The notes beneath the pieces were generated by a model. It was not told the origin of the DNA and made no database searches. It saw nothing but the letters and a program-made list of their open reading frames with translations. Of a DNA stretch of 64,000 nt, positions 19,231-29,842 are shown piece after piece (positions within the stretch are counted from its first letter, which is position 1; each line of letters starts with the position of its first letter). The position numbers and the translations under genes are program-made. The stretch is from an uncultured delta proteobacterium (GTDB lineage Bacteria > Desulfobacterota > RBG-13-43-22): contig CAWBOS010000015.1 of assembly GCA_963790475.1 (NCBI GenBank), positions 512,001 through 576,000 of the forward strand, read 5' to 3'.

Positions 19231-19999
19231 TATCTCTTTCAATATAGGCGTAGGCGCTGTGATTGTGAATGGATTCGAAATTCTCCGAATCCACGGAAAA
19301 CCAGGTGATATTGGGGTCGGCTTCCAGTTTTCTGGCTACTTCGCGGACCACATCCTCGACGAACATAGGATTTTCAAAACTCCTCTCGGTTACATATTTT
19401 TCATCTTCCCGCTTTAAAACGGAAAAGACCTCAGCCGATCCGGACTCTTCCACCAGACGGATGATATCCTCAATCCAGATGAATTTCTTGAACCGAAAGC
19501 TTACCCGGACCTCTCCCCTTTGATTATGAGCCCCATATTCACTGATTTCCTTGGAACAGGGACACACCGTGGTTATGGGAACCTTGAGTTCAATCAACAG
19601 ATCCCTGCCCTTGGTGCTTTTGGACGATGCCTTAAAGGTACAAATATATTCCATCAGACCTTCGACCTGGGTTATCGGGGCCTTTTTGGTGATAAAGTAG
19701 GGGAAAGTGACCTCTAAATGGGCGGATTCGGCATCCAGACGTTTTTTAAGTTCATCCAGAATGGTATTTAGATTTTCCATGGTGACCTGACGGCGGTATT
19801 CGCTCAAGACTTCTATAAAGCGGCTCATATGAGTCCCTTTATGATCATGGGGCAGGTCAACATACATATTGATGCTGGCCACAGTCTGCTGAAAGCCGTT
19901 TTCCTTGTCCCGAACCGTAATGGGGTAACGAATGTTTTTGACCCCTACCTTGTCGATCGGAATCTGTCGATTATCTTTTTGGCTTTGAACGTCAATCAT
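19202..19999 (-). CDS. folE2: GTP cyclohydrolase IB
   Basis: IDKVGVK, KGTHMSRF, VCPCSKEIS, GAHNQR, NPMFVEDVVR, NFESIHNHSAYA. Confidence 0.95.
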   Translation of the reverse strand: MIDVQSQKDNRQIPIDKVGVKNIRYPITVRDKENGFQQTVASINMYVDLPHDHKGTHMSRFIEVLSEYRRQVTMENLNTILDELKKRLDAESAHLEVTFPYFITKKAPITQVEGLMEYICTFKASSKSTKGRDLLIELKVPITTVCPCSKEISEYGAHNQRGEVRVSFRFKKFIWIEDIIRLVEESGSAEVFSVLKREDEKYVTERSFENPMFVEDVVREVARKLEADPNITWFSVDSENFESIHNHSAYAYIERDKARDERHEA

Positions 20000-20001
20000 A
20001 A

Positions 20002-20085
20002 GAGTTGCGAGTTGCAAGTTGCGAGTTGCGCGTTACGCGTCAAAGAAATTTCAACCCGTAACCCGTAACCCGGAACCCGTAACTG
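20002..20085. repeat. Heptamer-repeat imperfect palindrome
   Basis: (GAGTTGC)n-like arm and (AACCCGT)n arm. Confidence 0.65.
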
Positions 20086-20091
20086 GTTTTT

Positions 20092-21504
20092 TCACCATCC
20101 TATCGTCAAATATTCATGCATGGAGTTGGCGGCGATACGTCCGGCTCCCATGGCCAGGATGACTGTAGCCGAACCGGTGACGATGTCCCCGCCGGCCCAG
20201 ACCCCCTTCTTAAATGTTTTTCCGGTCTTAGGATCAGCCATGATGTAGCCCCTCCGGTTGGTCTGCAAGCCAGGGGTGGTTGCTGTGATCAGAGGATTGG
20301 CCCCGGCACCGATGGAAATGACTACCAGATCGGTCTCCATAGTGAATTCCGAACCCTCTATCGGAATGGGTCTCCTTCGACCGGAGGAATCGGGTTCACC
20401 CAGTTCCATTTTAATACACTCCATGGCTGTCACGCGGCCCTGGTCATCTCCGATAAAGCGGGTGGGGTTGGTCAGCAGGTGCATCTCCACCCCTTCCTGT
20501 TCGGCATGGTGTATTTCTTCCCCCCGGGCCGGCATTTCATCCCGGGAACGGCGGTAAACGATCTTTACGCTGTCCGCACCCAAACGTAAGGCAGTCCGGG
20601 CCGAGTCCATGGCCACATTACCAGCCCCCAGGACCACCACATTTTTCCCCAAAACAATAGGGGTGTCGTACTCGGGAAATTTATAGGCCTTCATCAAATT
20701 GGAACGGGTCAGGTATTCATTGGCTGAATAGATGCCTATCAGGTTCTCTCCGGGGATATTCATAAATATCGGAAGTCCGGCTCCGACTCCGATATAAACG
20801 GCATCGAACCCCTCATCAAAAAGTTCGTCAATGGTAGAGGTTCGGCCGATAACGGCATTACAGACGATCTTGGCCCCCAGCTTTTCCAGGATATCCACCT
20901 CGGCCTGAACAATGGCCTTGGGCAGTCGAAACTCCGGGATCCCATAAATTAATACCCCTCCGGTCTTGTGGAAGGCTTCGAAGATGGTGACCTCGTGACC
21001 TTTAAGGATCAGGTCCCCGGCCACCGTAAGACCGGATGGGCCGGAACCCACTACGGCCACTTTTTTGCCGGTTGGGGCGGCTTTTTGAGGGAGTTTAAAT
21101 TCCCCCTGAGTCCGTTGCCGGTCGGCGGCAAAACGTTCCAAACGACCAACCGCTACCGGTTCTTCTTTCTTACCTAAGATACACAGAGCTTCACATTGGG
21201 CCTCCTGGGGACAGACCCGGCCGCATACGGCAGGCAGACTGGTCTTTTCCCAAAGCTTCATAATCGCCCCGGAAAAATCCCCTTCTTTGATGTGTCTGAT
21301 GAATCCCGGGATGTCAATTTGTACAGGACATCCTTCCACACAGGATGGTTTTTTACATTGAAGACAACGGCTCGCTTCCAACTGCGCGGTGTCTGGAGAA
21401 TACCCCAGGGGAACTTCATCAAAATTCCTGGCCCGGACCTTTGGGTCCTGCTCAGGCATCGTCTGCCTGGTTATTTTTTCTTTTTTTTTGATTTCCTCGG
21501 CCAC
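20092..21504 (-). CDS. nfnB: NfnB (GltD/SudA-like large subunit of NADH-dependent ferredoxin:NADP+ oxidoreductase)
   Basis: RCLQCKKPSCVEGCPV, CGRVCPQE, GSGPSG, GAGNVAMD, VYRRSR; adjacent to nfnA. Confidence 0.85.
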   Translation of the reverse strand: MAEEIKKKEKITRQTMPEQDPKVRARNFDEVPLGYSPDTAQLEASRCLQCKKPSCVEGCPVQIDIPGFIRHIKEGDFSGAIMKLWEKTSLPAVCGRVCPQEAQCEALCILGKKEEPVAVGRLERFAADRQRTQGEFKLPQKAAPTGKKVAVVGSGPSGLTVAGDLILKGHEVTIFEAFHKTGGVLIYGIPEFRLPKAIVQAEVDILEKLGAKIVCNAVIGRTSTIDELFDEGFDAVYIGVGAGLPIFMNIPGENLIGIYSANEYLTRSNLMKAYKFPEYDTPIVLGKNVVVLGAGNVAMDSARTALRLGADSVKIVYRRSRDEMPARGEEIHHAEQEGVEMHLLTNPTRFIGDDQGRVTAMECIKMELGEPDSSGRRRPIPIEGSEFTMETDLVVISIGAGANPLITATTPGLQTNRRGYIMADPKTGKTFKKGVWAGGDIVTGSATVILAMGAGRIAANSMHEYLTIGW

Positions 21505-21523
21505 GTTTATTCCTCCACTATAT

Positions 21524-21601
21524 AGTTCGGCGTTCGGAGTTTTTTAGTTCGGAGTAAAAATTATGAATCAGAAGCCTCACTCTGAACTCTTAACTCCGAA
21601 C
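21524..21601. repeat. Heptamer-repeat imperfect palindrome
   Basis: GTTCGGCGTTCGGAGT...ACTCTGAACTCTTAACTCCGAAC. Confidence 0.6.
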
Positions 21602-22450
21602 GTATCTCTTACATTGACACCCTGACCCCTGAAACCGGTCCAGGGACTGTTTTTCCTGTTCCAGGTAGGCCCGCTGCCTCTGGATCAGTTCATCAAAATT
21701 AACCTGATGGCCGTCAAATTCAGGGCCTTCCACGCAGGCAAACCGAGTCGTCCCATCGACTGTCACCCGGCAGCAGCCACACATTCCGGTGCCGTCCACC
21801 ATAATGGGATTCAAGCTGACCATAGTTTTGACTCCATATCCTTCAGTCAGCTTGCAGGTGAATTTCATCATCGGGACCGGACCTATGGCCACAATCAGGA
21901 CAATGGGTTCTTTTTTGTCTAAGTATTCCTTTAGGACCTCAGTGACAAATCCATGATGCCCGTAGGATCCATCGTCTGTACAGACCCGAAGCTCATTGGA
22001 AGCCTGGGCCATCTTGTCTTCCAGTATAAGCAGATCCCTGGTCCGGGCACCGATAATGGCCACAACATGATTGCCGGCCTCCTTCATGCCTTTGGTGATA
22101 GGATGTAAGACCGCCACTCCAGTGCCCCCGCCGACGCAAATAACGGTCCCCCCTAACTTCTCGATATGGGTCGGCAGGCCTAAGGGTCCGCAGATGTCCT
22201 GGAGAACATCTCCCACATTGAGGGACTTCATCAAGGCAGTTGATTTTCCTACCACTTGGTAAATAAGGGTAATCGTTCCCGCCTGGGGATCCGTATCGGC
22301 CATGGTCAGCGGGATCCGTTCGCCAGTTTCATTAACCCGGAGTATGACAAACTGACCGGGCTTGGCCTTCCGGGCTATCAGGGGGGCTTTGATTACGTTA
22401 CTAATTACGGTACCTTGGGCCAATTCTGCTTTCTCTATTATCTCAAACAC
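21590..22450 (-). CDS. nfnA: NfnA (PyrK/SudB-like FAD/NAD and 2Fe-2S subunit)
   Basis: KPGQFVI, ERIPLT, GGGTG, IGPVPMM, MVDGTGMCGCCRV...CVEGPEFD. Confidence 0.88.
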   Translation of the reverse strand: MFEIIEKAELAQGTVISNVIKAPLIARKAKPGQFVILRVNETGERIPLTMADTDPQAGTITLIYQVVGKSTALMKSLNVGDVLQDICGPLGLPTHIEKLGGTVICVGGGTGVAVLHPITKGMKEAGNHVVAIIGARTRDLLILEDKMAQASNELRVCTDDGSYGHHGFVTEVLKEYLDKKEPIVLIVAIGPVPMMKFTCKLTEGYGVKTMVSLNPIMVDGTGMCGCCRVTVDGTTRFACVEGPEFDGHQVNFDELIQRQRAYLEQEKQSLDRFQGSGCQCKRYVRS

Positions 22451-22869
22451 GCCAAGTCTCCTTCTTGCTGATTAAACGATCAAATCCCTTAGGAAAACTA
22501 AAGGGAAAAAATAGATTCAATGGTCCGATATCAAAAAGAGCTTTTTAGTTTTAAAAGCCTCTTTTCTTTCGTCTATCGCTTCATTTTTTTAATAACTTGT
22601 GATTGTTAGCATAGTTGTCTCGTTCTGTCAAAAAAAATAAAAAAGGATTATGACGGAAGAATCCCCTTGAAGCATCATCCAGGGCAGACGTGAGTCAATT
22701 CTGGAACGGTCGAAGAGGCCTGAAACTTTTTAATAAAACCGGACTTCGTCAAGATTTCACGCCTCTCTTAGCATGGAGATGGGATATCTATGATTTCTTT
22801 TTTCCACTTATTGTTAATCCATAAAAAAGAACTATTAGTCATGTTTAAAAGCTTGACGGTAATTAATCG

Positions 22870-22887
22870 TTGTGATAAATAACACAA
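22870..22887. promoter_or_regulatory. Probable Rex operator overlapping the fhs promoter
   Basis: TTGTGATAAATAACACAA resembles TTGTGAA-N4-TTCACAA; TTGACG -35-like hexamer at 22853-22858. Confidence 0.6.
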
Positions 22888-22889
22888 GT

Positions 22890-22910
22890 TTAATTGTAAG
22901 TTACAATTAA
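22890..22910. promoter_or_regulatory. Perfect palindromic operator candidate
   Basis: TTAATTGTAA-G-TTACAATTAA. Confidence 0.5.
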
Positions 22911-22969
22911 GCCTATATAATATAGACGAGACCCAACGGGTTCAAAATACCTTAAAGGAGGATGTTTGT

Positions 22970-24733
22970 ATGGCGTATAATGCAGTAAAAATGAAAGACT
23001 GGCAGATTTCTGAAGCTTCGGAAAAAAACATGCCCAGCCCCGATCAATGGCGGGACAAATTAGGGCTCCAGAAAGACGAGGTGATCCCTTTTGGCCGGCT
23101 GGCCCGGCTCGACTTCATGAAAATCACGGAACGGCTCAAGGACAAACCGGACGGAAAATATATTGAAGTTACGGCCATCACCCCTACTCCCTTAGGGGAA
23201 GGGAAAAGTACTACCTCCTGCGGTCTTATGGAAGGCTTGGGAAAACGGGGGGTCAGCGTGGGGGGTGCCCTGCGTCAGCCTTCCGGCGGACCGACCATGA
23301 ACATCAAAGGGACGGCTGCCGGGGGCGGAAATGCCCTGTTAATCCCCATGACCGAATTCTCTATGGGTCTCACTGGTGATATTAACAACATCATGAACGC
23401 CCACAACTTGGCCATGGTGGCCATGACGGCCCGGATGCAGCATGAACGGAATTACAATGATGAACAGTTGAAAAGGTTGACCAAGATGCGACGGCTGGAT
23501 ATCGATCCCACCCGGGTGGAGATGGGCTGGATTATGGATTTCTGCGCCCAGGCCATGCGCAATATCATTATCGGTATCGGCGGTCGTATGGACGGATATA
23601 TGATGCAATCCAAATTCGGGATCGCCGTCTCCTCCGAGGTCATGGCCATTTTATCCATCGTTAATGACCTGGCCGATATGCGCAAACGATTGGATGAAAT
23701 CACCGTGGCCTTTGACAAAAAAGGGAATCCCGTAACCACCGGAGACCTGGAAGTAGGTGGGGCTATGACCGCTTTTATGGTTCAATCCATCAACCCCACG
23801 CTGTTGTGTACGGCCGAGTACCAGCCCTGCATGGTCCACGCCGGTCCCTTCGCCAATATCGCCGTGGGCCAGTCCTCCATCATTGCCGACCGGGTCGGCT
23901 TGAAATTATTTGATTATCATGTGACCGAAAGCGGTTTTGCGGCTGATATCGGTTTTGAAAAATTCTGGAATGTAAAATCACGTTACAGCGGACTGAAGCC
24001 CCACGTTTCGGTTTTGACCACCACCATCCGGGCCTTGAAGATGCACGGCGGCGGACCAAAAGTCGTTGCCGGATTGGCCTTGCCCGAGGAGTACACCAAG
24101 GAAAACGTAGGCCTGGTGGAAAAAGGCGTAGCCAACATGGTCCATTGTATCGAAATCATCCGAAAATCCGGCATGAACCCGGTGGTCTGCATCAATGCCT
24201 TCCATACCGATACCAAGGATGAAATCGCCGCGGTGCGTAAGGCTGCTGAAAAGGCTGGAGCCCGCTGCGCCCTATCGACCCATTGGGCCGACGGCGGTGA
24301 AGGGGCCCTGGAACTGGCTGATGCGGTTATTGACGCCTGTAAAGAAAAATCTAAGTTCAAGTTTTTATATCCCCTGGAAATGAAGCTCCGGGACCGGGTG
24401 GCCAAAATTGCCAAGGAAGTCTATGGGGCCGATGGGGTTTCCTGGACAGCGGAGGCCGAGGCCAAGGCCAAGATGCTCGAGGGAGACCCTAAATATGATG
24501 ATTATGCCACTATGATGGTCAAGACCCATTTGAGCCTTACCCATGATCCGACCTTGAAGGGAGTGCCTAAGAGTTGGAAGCTTCCGGTTCGGGATGTCTT
24601 GATCTATTCCGGGGCTAAATTCCTCTGCCCGGTGGCCGGGGCCATCACCCTCATGCCTGGAACATCCTCCGATCCGGCCTTCCGCCGCATCGACGTGGAT
24701 GTCAAAACCGGCAAGACCAAAGGATTATTCTAA
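22970..24733 (+). CDS. fhs: Formate--tetrahydrofolate ligase
   Basis: [56 protein letters not shown]. Confidence 0.97.
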   Translation: MAYNAVKMKDWQISEASEKNMPSPDQWRDKLGLQKDEVIPFGRLARLDFMKITERLKDKPDGKYIEVTAITPTPLGEGKSTTSCGLMEGLGKRGVSVGGALRQPSGGPTMNIKGTAAGGGNALLIPMTEFSMGLTGDINNIMNAHNLAMVAMTARMQHERNYNDEQLKRLTKMRRLDIDPTRVEMGWIMDFCAQAMRNIIIGIGGRMDGYMMQSKFGIAVSSEVMAILSIVNDLADMRKRLDEITVAFDKKGNPVTTGDLEVGGAMTAFMVQSINPTLLCTAEYQPCMVHAGPFANIAVGQSSIIADRVGLKLFDYHVTESGFAADIGFEKFWNVKSRYSGLKPHVSVLTTTIRALKMHGGGPKVVAGLALPEEYTKENVGLVEKGVANMVHCIEIIRKSGMNPVVCINAFHTDTKDEIAAVRKAAEKAGARCALSTHWADGGEGALELADAVIDACKEKSKFKFLYPLEMKLRDRVAKIAKEVYGADGVSWTAEAEAKAKMLEGDPKYDDYATMMVKTHLSLTHDPTLKGVPKSWKLPVRDVLIYSGAKFLCPVAGAITLMPGTSSDPAFRRIDVDVKTGKTKGLF

Positions 24734-24794
24734 CCAACGAATTAAAAGTCCAGATATGTTATTCCTGGGTTTTTGTTTATTTTGTTTTCCCTCT

Positions 24795-24830
24795 CGCCTT
24801 CCCGCGAAATGCTAAGGGAAGGCGTTTTTT
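24795..24830 (+). terminator. Intrinsic terminator after fhs
   Basis: CGCCTTCCC...GGGAAGGCG followed by TTTTTT. Confidence 0.7.
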
Positions 24831-24863
24831 ATATAATCTATTTGAGGAGAAGGATATAAATCA

Positions 24864-27800
24864 ATGGCAGGAACAGAACAAGAAAAAGTCGGAGCGGTCA
24901 TGGTCGTCGGGGGAGGGATCGCCGGTATTCAAGCCTCCTTGGACCTGGCCGAATCCGGATATTATGTTTATTTAGTGGAAAAGAAATCGGCTATCGGCGG
25001 GGTCATGGCCCAATTGGACAAGACCTTTCCGACCAACGACTGTTCCATGTGCATCATCTCCCCCAAGTTGGTGGAATGTGGCCGGCACTTGAACATCGAA
25101 CTTTTGACTCTGAGCGAGATCGAGGAGGTTTCCGGAGGACCGGGGCGGTTTCAAATCAAGGTCCGACAAAATCCCCGCTTTGTGGACCCCGCGAAATGCA
25201 CGTCCTGCGGTGAATGTACCAAGGTCTGCCCGATTGATGTGCCTAACCAATTTGACGAAGAGTTACGTGCCCGTAAGGCGGCCTACAAACTCTATCCCCA
25301 GGCCATGCCCGGAGCCTTTGCCATTGAAAAAAGGGGTACCGCCCCCTGTAAAGCCACCTGTCCGGCCCATATCAGCATTCAGGGATTTATCGCCCTCATC
25401 GCCCAAGGAAAGGACAAGGAAGCCTTAAAACTGATAAAACAGGAAATGCCCTTCCCGGCCATTTGTGGACGGGTCTGTCATCACCCTTGTGAGGCCCAAT
25501 GTACCCGCGGTCAGGTGGACGAGCCCTTGGCCATCGAATATTTGAAACGGTTTGTGGCTGACAAAGATCTTAAGGACAGCGAACGCTATGTCCCTTTGGT
25601 TGCCCCCCCGAGGCCGGAAAAGGTCGCCATAGTGGGCGGAGGGCCCTCGGGGTTAACAGCTGCCTATTATCTGGCCCAGAAGGGGTATCCGGTTACCATC
25701 TTTGAAAAGCTGCCTGTCCTGGGTGGCATGATGGCCGTAGGGATCCCAGCCTACCGTCTGCCCCGTGAAACCTTGCAGGCTGAAGTCCAGGTCATCAAAG
25801 ATCTGGGCGTGGAGATGAAAACCGGCCTGGCCTTCGGTCAGGATTTCAACCTGGATGACTTGAAAAACCAGGGCTTTCAATCCATCTATCTGGCCCTTGG
25901 TCTCCATAAGAGCCGCCGGCTCGGGGTCCCCGGAGAGGATTTGCCCAATGTCTTGCAAGGGGTGAACTTTCTCCGCTCGGCCGCCCTGGGGGAGGATATC
26001 CGGGTCGGGAAAAGAACTCTGGTCATCGGTGGAGGCAACGTGGCCATCGACGTGGCCCTTACCGCCCTCAGGCAAGGGGCTGAGGAAGTACGGCTGGTCT
26101 GCCTGGAACAACGCGATGAAATGCCGGCCTGGGAGTATGAAATTGAAGAGGCCTTATCTGAGGGAGTCATCATCGAAAACGGCTGGGGGCCCTTGCAGTT
26201 TTCCGAAAAGGGAGGGAATTTATCCACGATTTCCTTTAAGAAATGTGTATCCGTCTTTGACGATCAGAAACGGTTCAACCCCAGTTATGATGAGAAGATA
26301 ACCACTTCCTGGGAGGCGGATACGGCCATTGTAGCCATCGGCCAGCAGTCAGACCTCGAGGGCCTATCCTCACAAGGATTGAAAATCACTCCCAGGGGGT
26401 CTTTTGAGGCCGATACCCTGACCTTGGAGACCAACCTCCCTGGTGTCTTTACCGGCGGTGATTTTTTCTATGGGCCGAAATCGGTGGTCGAGGCCGTGGC
26501 CTGCGGCAAAGAGGCGGCCGAAAGTATCCACCGCTACCTCAACAACCTGGACCTTAAGGCCGATCGGCAAAAAGACTGGTCCTTTACCAAGCCGGAAACG
26601 GAGGGGGAGAACCTTAAGCCCCGGCAGTCCATGCCAACCCGGGATCTATCCGAGCGCCGCGGGACCTATCAAGAGATGGCCCTGGGGTTCACCGAGGAGC
26701 GAGCCAGGAGAGAGGCCGAACGCTGCCTAAAGTGCGGGATCTGTTCCGAATGTTATCAGTGCGTCGAGGCCTGTCTCGCCAAGGCCATCGATCATGAGAT
26801 GAAGCCCTTTGAAAGGACTATCGAAGTCGGTTCAGTGGTCATGGCCCCGGGCTTTCAGCCTTTTGATCCTTCCCTCTATGAAGCCTATGGCTATATCAAT
26901 TATCCCAACGTGGTCACCAGCATGGAATTTGAGCGCATTCTGTCGGCCTCGGGTCCTTTTGAAGGGCACTTGGTCCGTCCTTCGGATCATCAGGAGCCGA
27001 AAAAAATCGCCTGGCTTCAGTGTGTGGGATCTCGGGACATCAACCACTGCGATCATGGTTACTGTTCGGCCGTTTGCTGCATGTACGCTATAAAAGAAGC
27101 GGTCATTGCCAAGGAACACAGCCCTGCCCCCCTGGATACGGCCATATTCTTTATGGATATGCGGACCCATGGGAAAGAGTTTGAAAAATATTATAATCGG
27201 GCCAAGGACGAACGGGGGGTCCGCTTTGTCCGTTCCCGGATCCATTCAATCGACCCGATTCCGGAAACCAACAACCTCGTGATTCAGTACGTCTCTGAAT
27301 CCGGAGAAGTCTTGACTGAAGAATTTGATATGGTGGTCCTTTCCGTGGGTCTGGAGACTTCACCGGAGGCCATTGCCCTGGCCGAGAAGCTCGGGGTCCC
27401 CCTGGACCATAACCGCTTCGCCAAGGTCAGCAGCTTTTCACCGGTGACCACGGAAACGCCGGGAATTTATGCCTGCGGGGCCTTTGACGGGCCTAAGGAT
27501 ATTCCCCAGGCGGTCATGGAAGCCTCGGCAGCGGCCTGTGCGGCCACCGAATCCCTGGCCGATGCCCGGGGACAGCTCATCCGCCATCAGGAACTCCCGC
27601 CGGAAATCGATGTACTCGGACAGGACGCCCGGGTGGGCGTGTTTGTCTGTAATTGCGGTATCAATATCGGGGGGGTAGCCGATGTCCCGGCTGTCCGGGA
27701 ATATGCCAGATCTTTGCCCAATGTAGTTCACGTGGAGGATAACCTCTTTACCTGTTCCCAGGACACCCAGGAAAAGATGAAGGCGGCCATCAAAGAAAAA

Positions 27801-29285
27801 GGGATTAACCGGGTAGTCGTCGCCTCCTGTTCGCCCCGGACTCATGAACCACTTTTTCAGCAGACCATCCGCGAGGCCGGCTTAAATCAATATCTTTTTG
27901 ACATGGCCAATATCCGGGATCAGGACACTTGGGTCCATCAAGGGGACCATGAAGCGGCCACGGCCAAGGCCAAGGATTTGGTGCGTATGGCCGTAGCCCG
28001 GGTCTCTTTACTCGAACCTTTACATAAGATCTCTTTTGGTTTGACCAAGTCTGTCATGGTCATCGGTGGCGGAGTAGCCGGCATGACGGCCGCCCTGAAC
28101 CTGGCCCAGCAGGGATTCCCCGTCCATCTGGTGGAAAAAAGCGATGTCCTGGGAGGAAATGCCCTTAAACTTCGGCATACCTGGCGGGGGGAGGATATCC
28201 CGGCTTATGTCAAGACCCTGGCTTCTTCGGTCTCCGGTCATTCCCTGATCCAGGTCTACTATAATACTGAAGTAGCCCGTTCTTCGGGCTTTATCGGTAA
28301 TTATACCACCACCCTGAACCAGGGCGGACAGGACCTGGAAATCGCCCATGGGGCGGTTGTCTTAGCTACCGGCGGCCACGAATGGACTCCGGACGTCTAC
28401 GCCTACGGACAGGACCCCCGGATCATGACCGCCCTGGAATTGGACCAGGCCATCATTGGGAAGGAGGAAAGGGTTTCCAAGGCCCAGACCGCCGTTTTTA
28501 TCCAGTGTGTGGGCTCAAGGGAACCTCAGCGTCCTTATTGCAGCCGGCTCTGTTGCACCCACAGCGTAGAAAGCGCCCTGACCTTAAAGAAGCTCAACCC
28601 CGAGATGGACGTCTTTATCCTCTATCGGGATATGAGGACCTTTGGGGTCCGGGAGGACCTTTACCGGGAAGCCAGGAATCAAGGGGTCATTTTTATCCGT
28701 TTTGACCTGGAAAGCAAACCCCAGGTCCAGGTAGAGAATGGCCAGGTGACCGTAAATGTTATCGATCACGTGCTGGGCCGGCCCATCGCCCTGGCCGCCG
28801 ACCTGGTGACCCTGGCCGCGGCGATTATTCCCAACCCGGTGAAAGACTTGACCGAAGTCTTCAAGGTTTCTTTGAATAATGAAGGTTTCCTTCTGGAAGC
28901 CCACATGAAACTGCGGCCGGTTGATTTCGCCACCGACGGGATATATCTCTGTGGTCTGGCCCATTACCCTAAACCTATTGATGAAAGCATCGCCCAGGCC
29001 CAGGCTGCGGCCGGCCGGGCCTTGACCCTTATGGCCAAGGATTCTATCAAGGTTGGCGGCGTGGTGGCCGTGGTGCAAGAGGAACTCTGCGCCGTTTGCC
29101 TGACCTGTGTCCGGGTCTGCCCTTTCCGGGTCCCGGTTATCGGAGAACGGGGGGCGGCGGAAATCGATGTCACCAAGTGTCAGGGCTGCGGAGTTTGTGT
29201 TTCCGAGTGTCCGGCTAAGGCCATCAGCCTGCAACACTTTACCGATAAGCAGGTCCTGGCTAAAGTCCACGCCTTGGCGGCATAA
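24864..29285 (+). CDS. HdrL-type protein: HdrA-like flavoprotein with inserted GltD/NfnB-like NAD(P)H-binding domain
   Basis: GGGIAG, LDKTFPTNDCSMC, CGRVCHHPCE insert, QCVGSR twice, CSAVCC/CSRLCC, LRPVDF, C-terminal ferredoxin motifs. Confidence 0.9.
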   Translation: MAGTEQEKVGAVMVVGGGIAGIQASLDLAESGYYVYLVEKKSAIGGVMAQLDKTFPTNDCSMCIISPKLVECGRHLNIELLTLSEIEEVSGGPGRFQIKVRQNPRFVDPAKCTSCGECTKVCPIDVPNQFDEELRARKAAYKLYPQAMPGAFAIEKRGTAPCKATCPAHISIQGFIALIAQGKDKEALKLIKQEMPFPAICGRVCHHPCEAQCTRGQVDEPLAIEYLKRFVADKDLKDSERYVPLVAPPRPEKVAIVGGGPSGLTAAYYLAQKGYPVTIFEKLPVLGGMMAVGIPAYRLPRETLQAEVQVIKDLGVEMKTGLAFGQDFNLDDLKNQGFQSIYLALGLHKSRRLGVPGEDLPNVLQGVNFLRSAALGEDIRVGKRTLVIGGGNVAIDVALTALRQGAEEVRLVCLEQRDEMPAWEYEIEEALSEGVIIENGWGPLQFSEKGGNLSTISFKKCVSVFDDQKRFNPSYDEKITTSWEADTAIVAIGQQSDLEGLSSQGLKITPRGSFEADTLTLETNLPGVFTGGDFFYGPKSVVEAVACGKEAAESIHRYLNNLDLKADRQKDWSFTKPETEGENLKPRQSMPTRDLSERRGTYQEMALGFTEERARREAERCLKCGICSECYQCVEACLAKAIDHEMKPFERTIEVGSVVMAPGFQPFDPSLYEAYGYINYPNVVTSMEFERILSASGPFEGHLVRPSDHQEPKKIAWLQCVGSRDINHCDHGYCSAVCCMYAIKEAVIAKEHSPAPLDTAIFFMDMRTHGKEFEKYYNRAKDERGVRFVRSRIHSIDPIPETNNLVIQYVSESGEVLTEEFDMVVLSVGLETSPEAIALAEKLGVPLDHNRFAKVSSFSPVTTETPGIYACGAFDGPKDIPQAVMEASAAACAATESLADARGQLIRHQELPPEIDVLGQDARVGVFVCNCGINIGGVADVPAVREYARSLPNVVHVEDNLFTCSQDTQEKMKAAIKEKGINRVVVASCSPRTHEPLFQQTIREAGLNQYLFDMANIRDQDTWVHQGDHEAATAKAKDLVRMAVARVSLLEPLHKISFGLTKSVMVIGGGVAGMTAALNLAQQGFPVHLVEKSDVLGGNALKLRHTWRGEDIPAYVKTLASSVSGHSLIQVYYNTEVARSSGFIGNYTTTLNQGGQDLEIAHGAVVLATGGHEWTPDVYAYGQDPRIMTALELDQAIIGKEERVSKAQTAVFIQCVGSREPQRPYCSRLCCTHSVESALTLKKLNPEMDVFILYRDMRTFGVREDLYREARNQGVIFIRFDLESKPQVQVENGQVTVNVIDHVLGRPIALAADLVTLAAAIIPNPVKDLTEVFKVSLNNEGFLLEAHMKLRPVDFATDGIYLCGLAHYPKPIDESIAQAQAAAGRALTLMAKDSIKVGGVVAVVQEELCAVCLTCVRVCPFRVPVIGERGAAEIDVTKCQGCGVCVSECPAKAISLQHFTDKQVLAKVHALAA

Positions 29286-29291
29286 AAAAAA

Positions 29292-29368
29292 CAGGTCAAG
29301 GCCTGAGGTCCGAGGTATAAGGAAAGCCTTTTTTACCCTGAACCTTATACCGCACACCTTGAACCTTG
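29292..29368. repeat. Heptamer-repeat imperfect palindrome
   Basis: AGGTCAAGGCCTGAGGTCCGAGGTATAAGG...CCTGAACCTTATACCGCACACCTTGAACCTT. Confidence 0.6.
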
Positions 29369-29401
29369 TACCATTAATTCTTATATTAAAAGGAGTTTTC
29401 A

Positions 29402-29830
29402 ATGACCCAACCATTTGAACCCAGAATTGTGGCCTTCTGCTGCCAGTATTGAGCTTACAGCGCGGCGGACCTGGCAGGTTCGATGAGGCTGCAATATCCA
29501 ACCAATATTCGGGTGATCATGGTCCCCTGCACCGGACGGGTTGACGTGATCCACCTCCTCAATGCCATTGAGGAAGGGGCGGACGGCGTCTATGTGGCCG
29601 GTTGTCTGGAAGGGGACTGCCACTATATCAGTGGAAATCTCAAGGCACGAAAAAGGGTCGGACAGGTTAAAAAGATATTGACTGAATTGGGTCTGGAACC
29701 GGAACGGGTAGAGATGTATAACCTGTCAGCCGCCCAGGGCCCCCGTTTTGCGGAGATCGCCCGGGAAATGACCGAGAAGATCAGGGCCCTGGGGCCCAGT
29801 CCGATTAGGACCATGGGAAAGGCGGCCTAA
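29402..29830 (+). CDS. mvhD: MvhD [2Fe-2S] subunit, probable selenoprotein (in-frame TGA at 29450-29452)
   Basis: RBS AAGGAG, then MTQPFEPRIVAFCCQY-TGA-AYSAADLAGSMRLQYP...VPCTGRV...GCLEGDCHY; TGA sits at a conserved Cys position. Confidence 0.9.
29453..29492 (+). promoter_or_regulatory. Putative bacterial SECIS stem-loop
   Basis: GGACCT-GGC-AGGTTC hairpin about 15-30 nt 3' of the TGA. Confidence 0.55.
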
Positions 29831-29842
29831 GAAGCTTTTAGG

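Noticed and set aside
20092-21504. Glutamate synthase small subunit
   Set aside because: No gltB nearby; the partner is a PyrK-like subunit, matching NfnAB
24864-25080. Selenocysteine in the HdrL NDCSMC motif
   Set aside because: Codons are TGT/TGC and the frame is open
28584-29501. 305-aa minus-strand ORF and other long antisense ORFs (e.g. 56672-57619, 61758-62414)
   Set aside because: Opposite well-supported genes in GC-rich coding DNA, with no motifs
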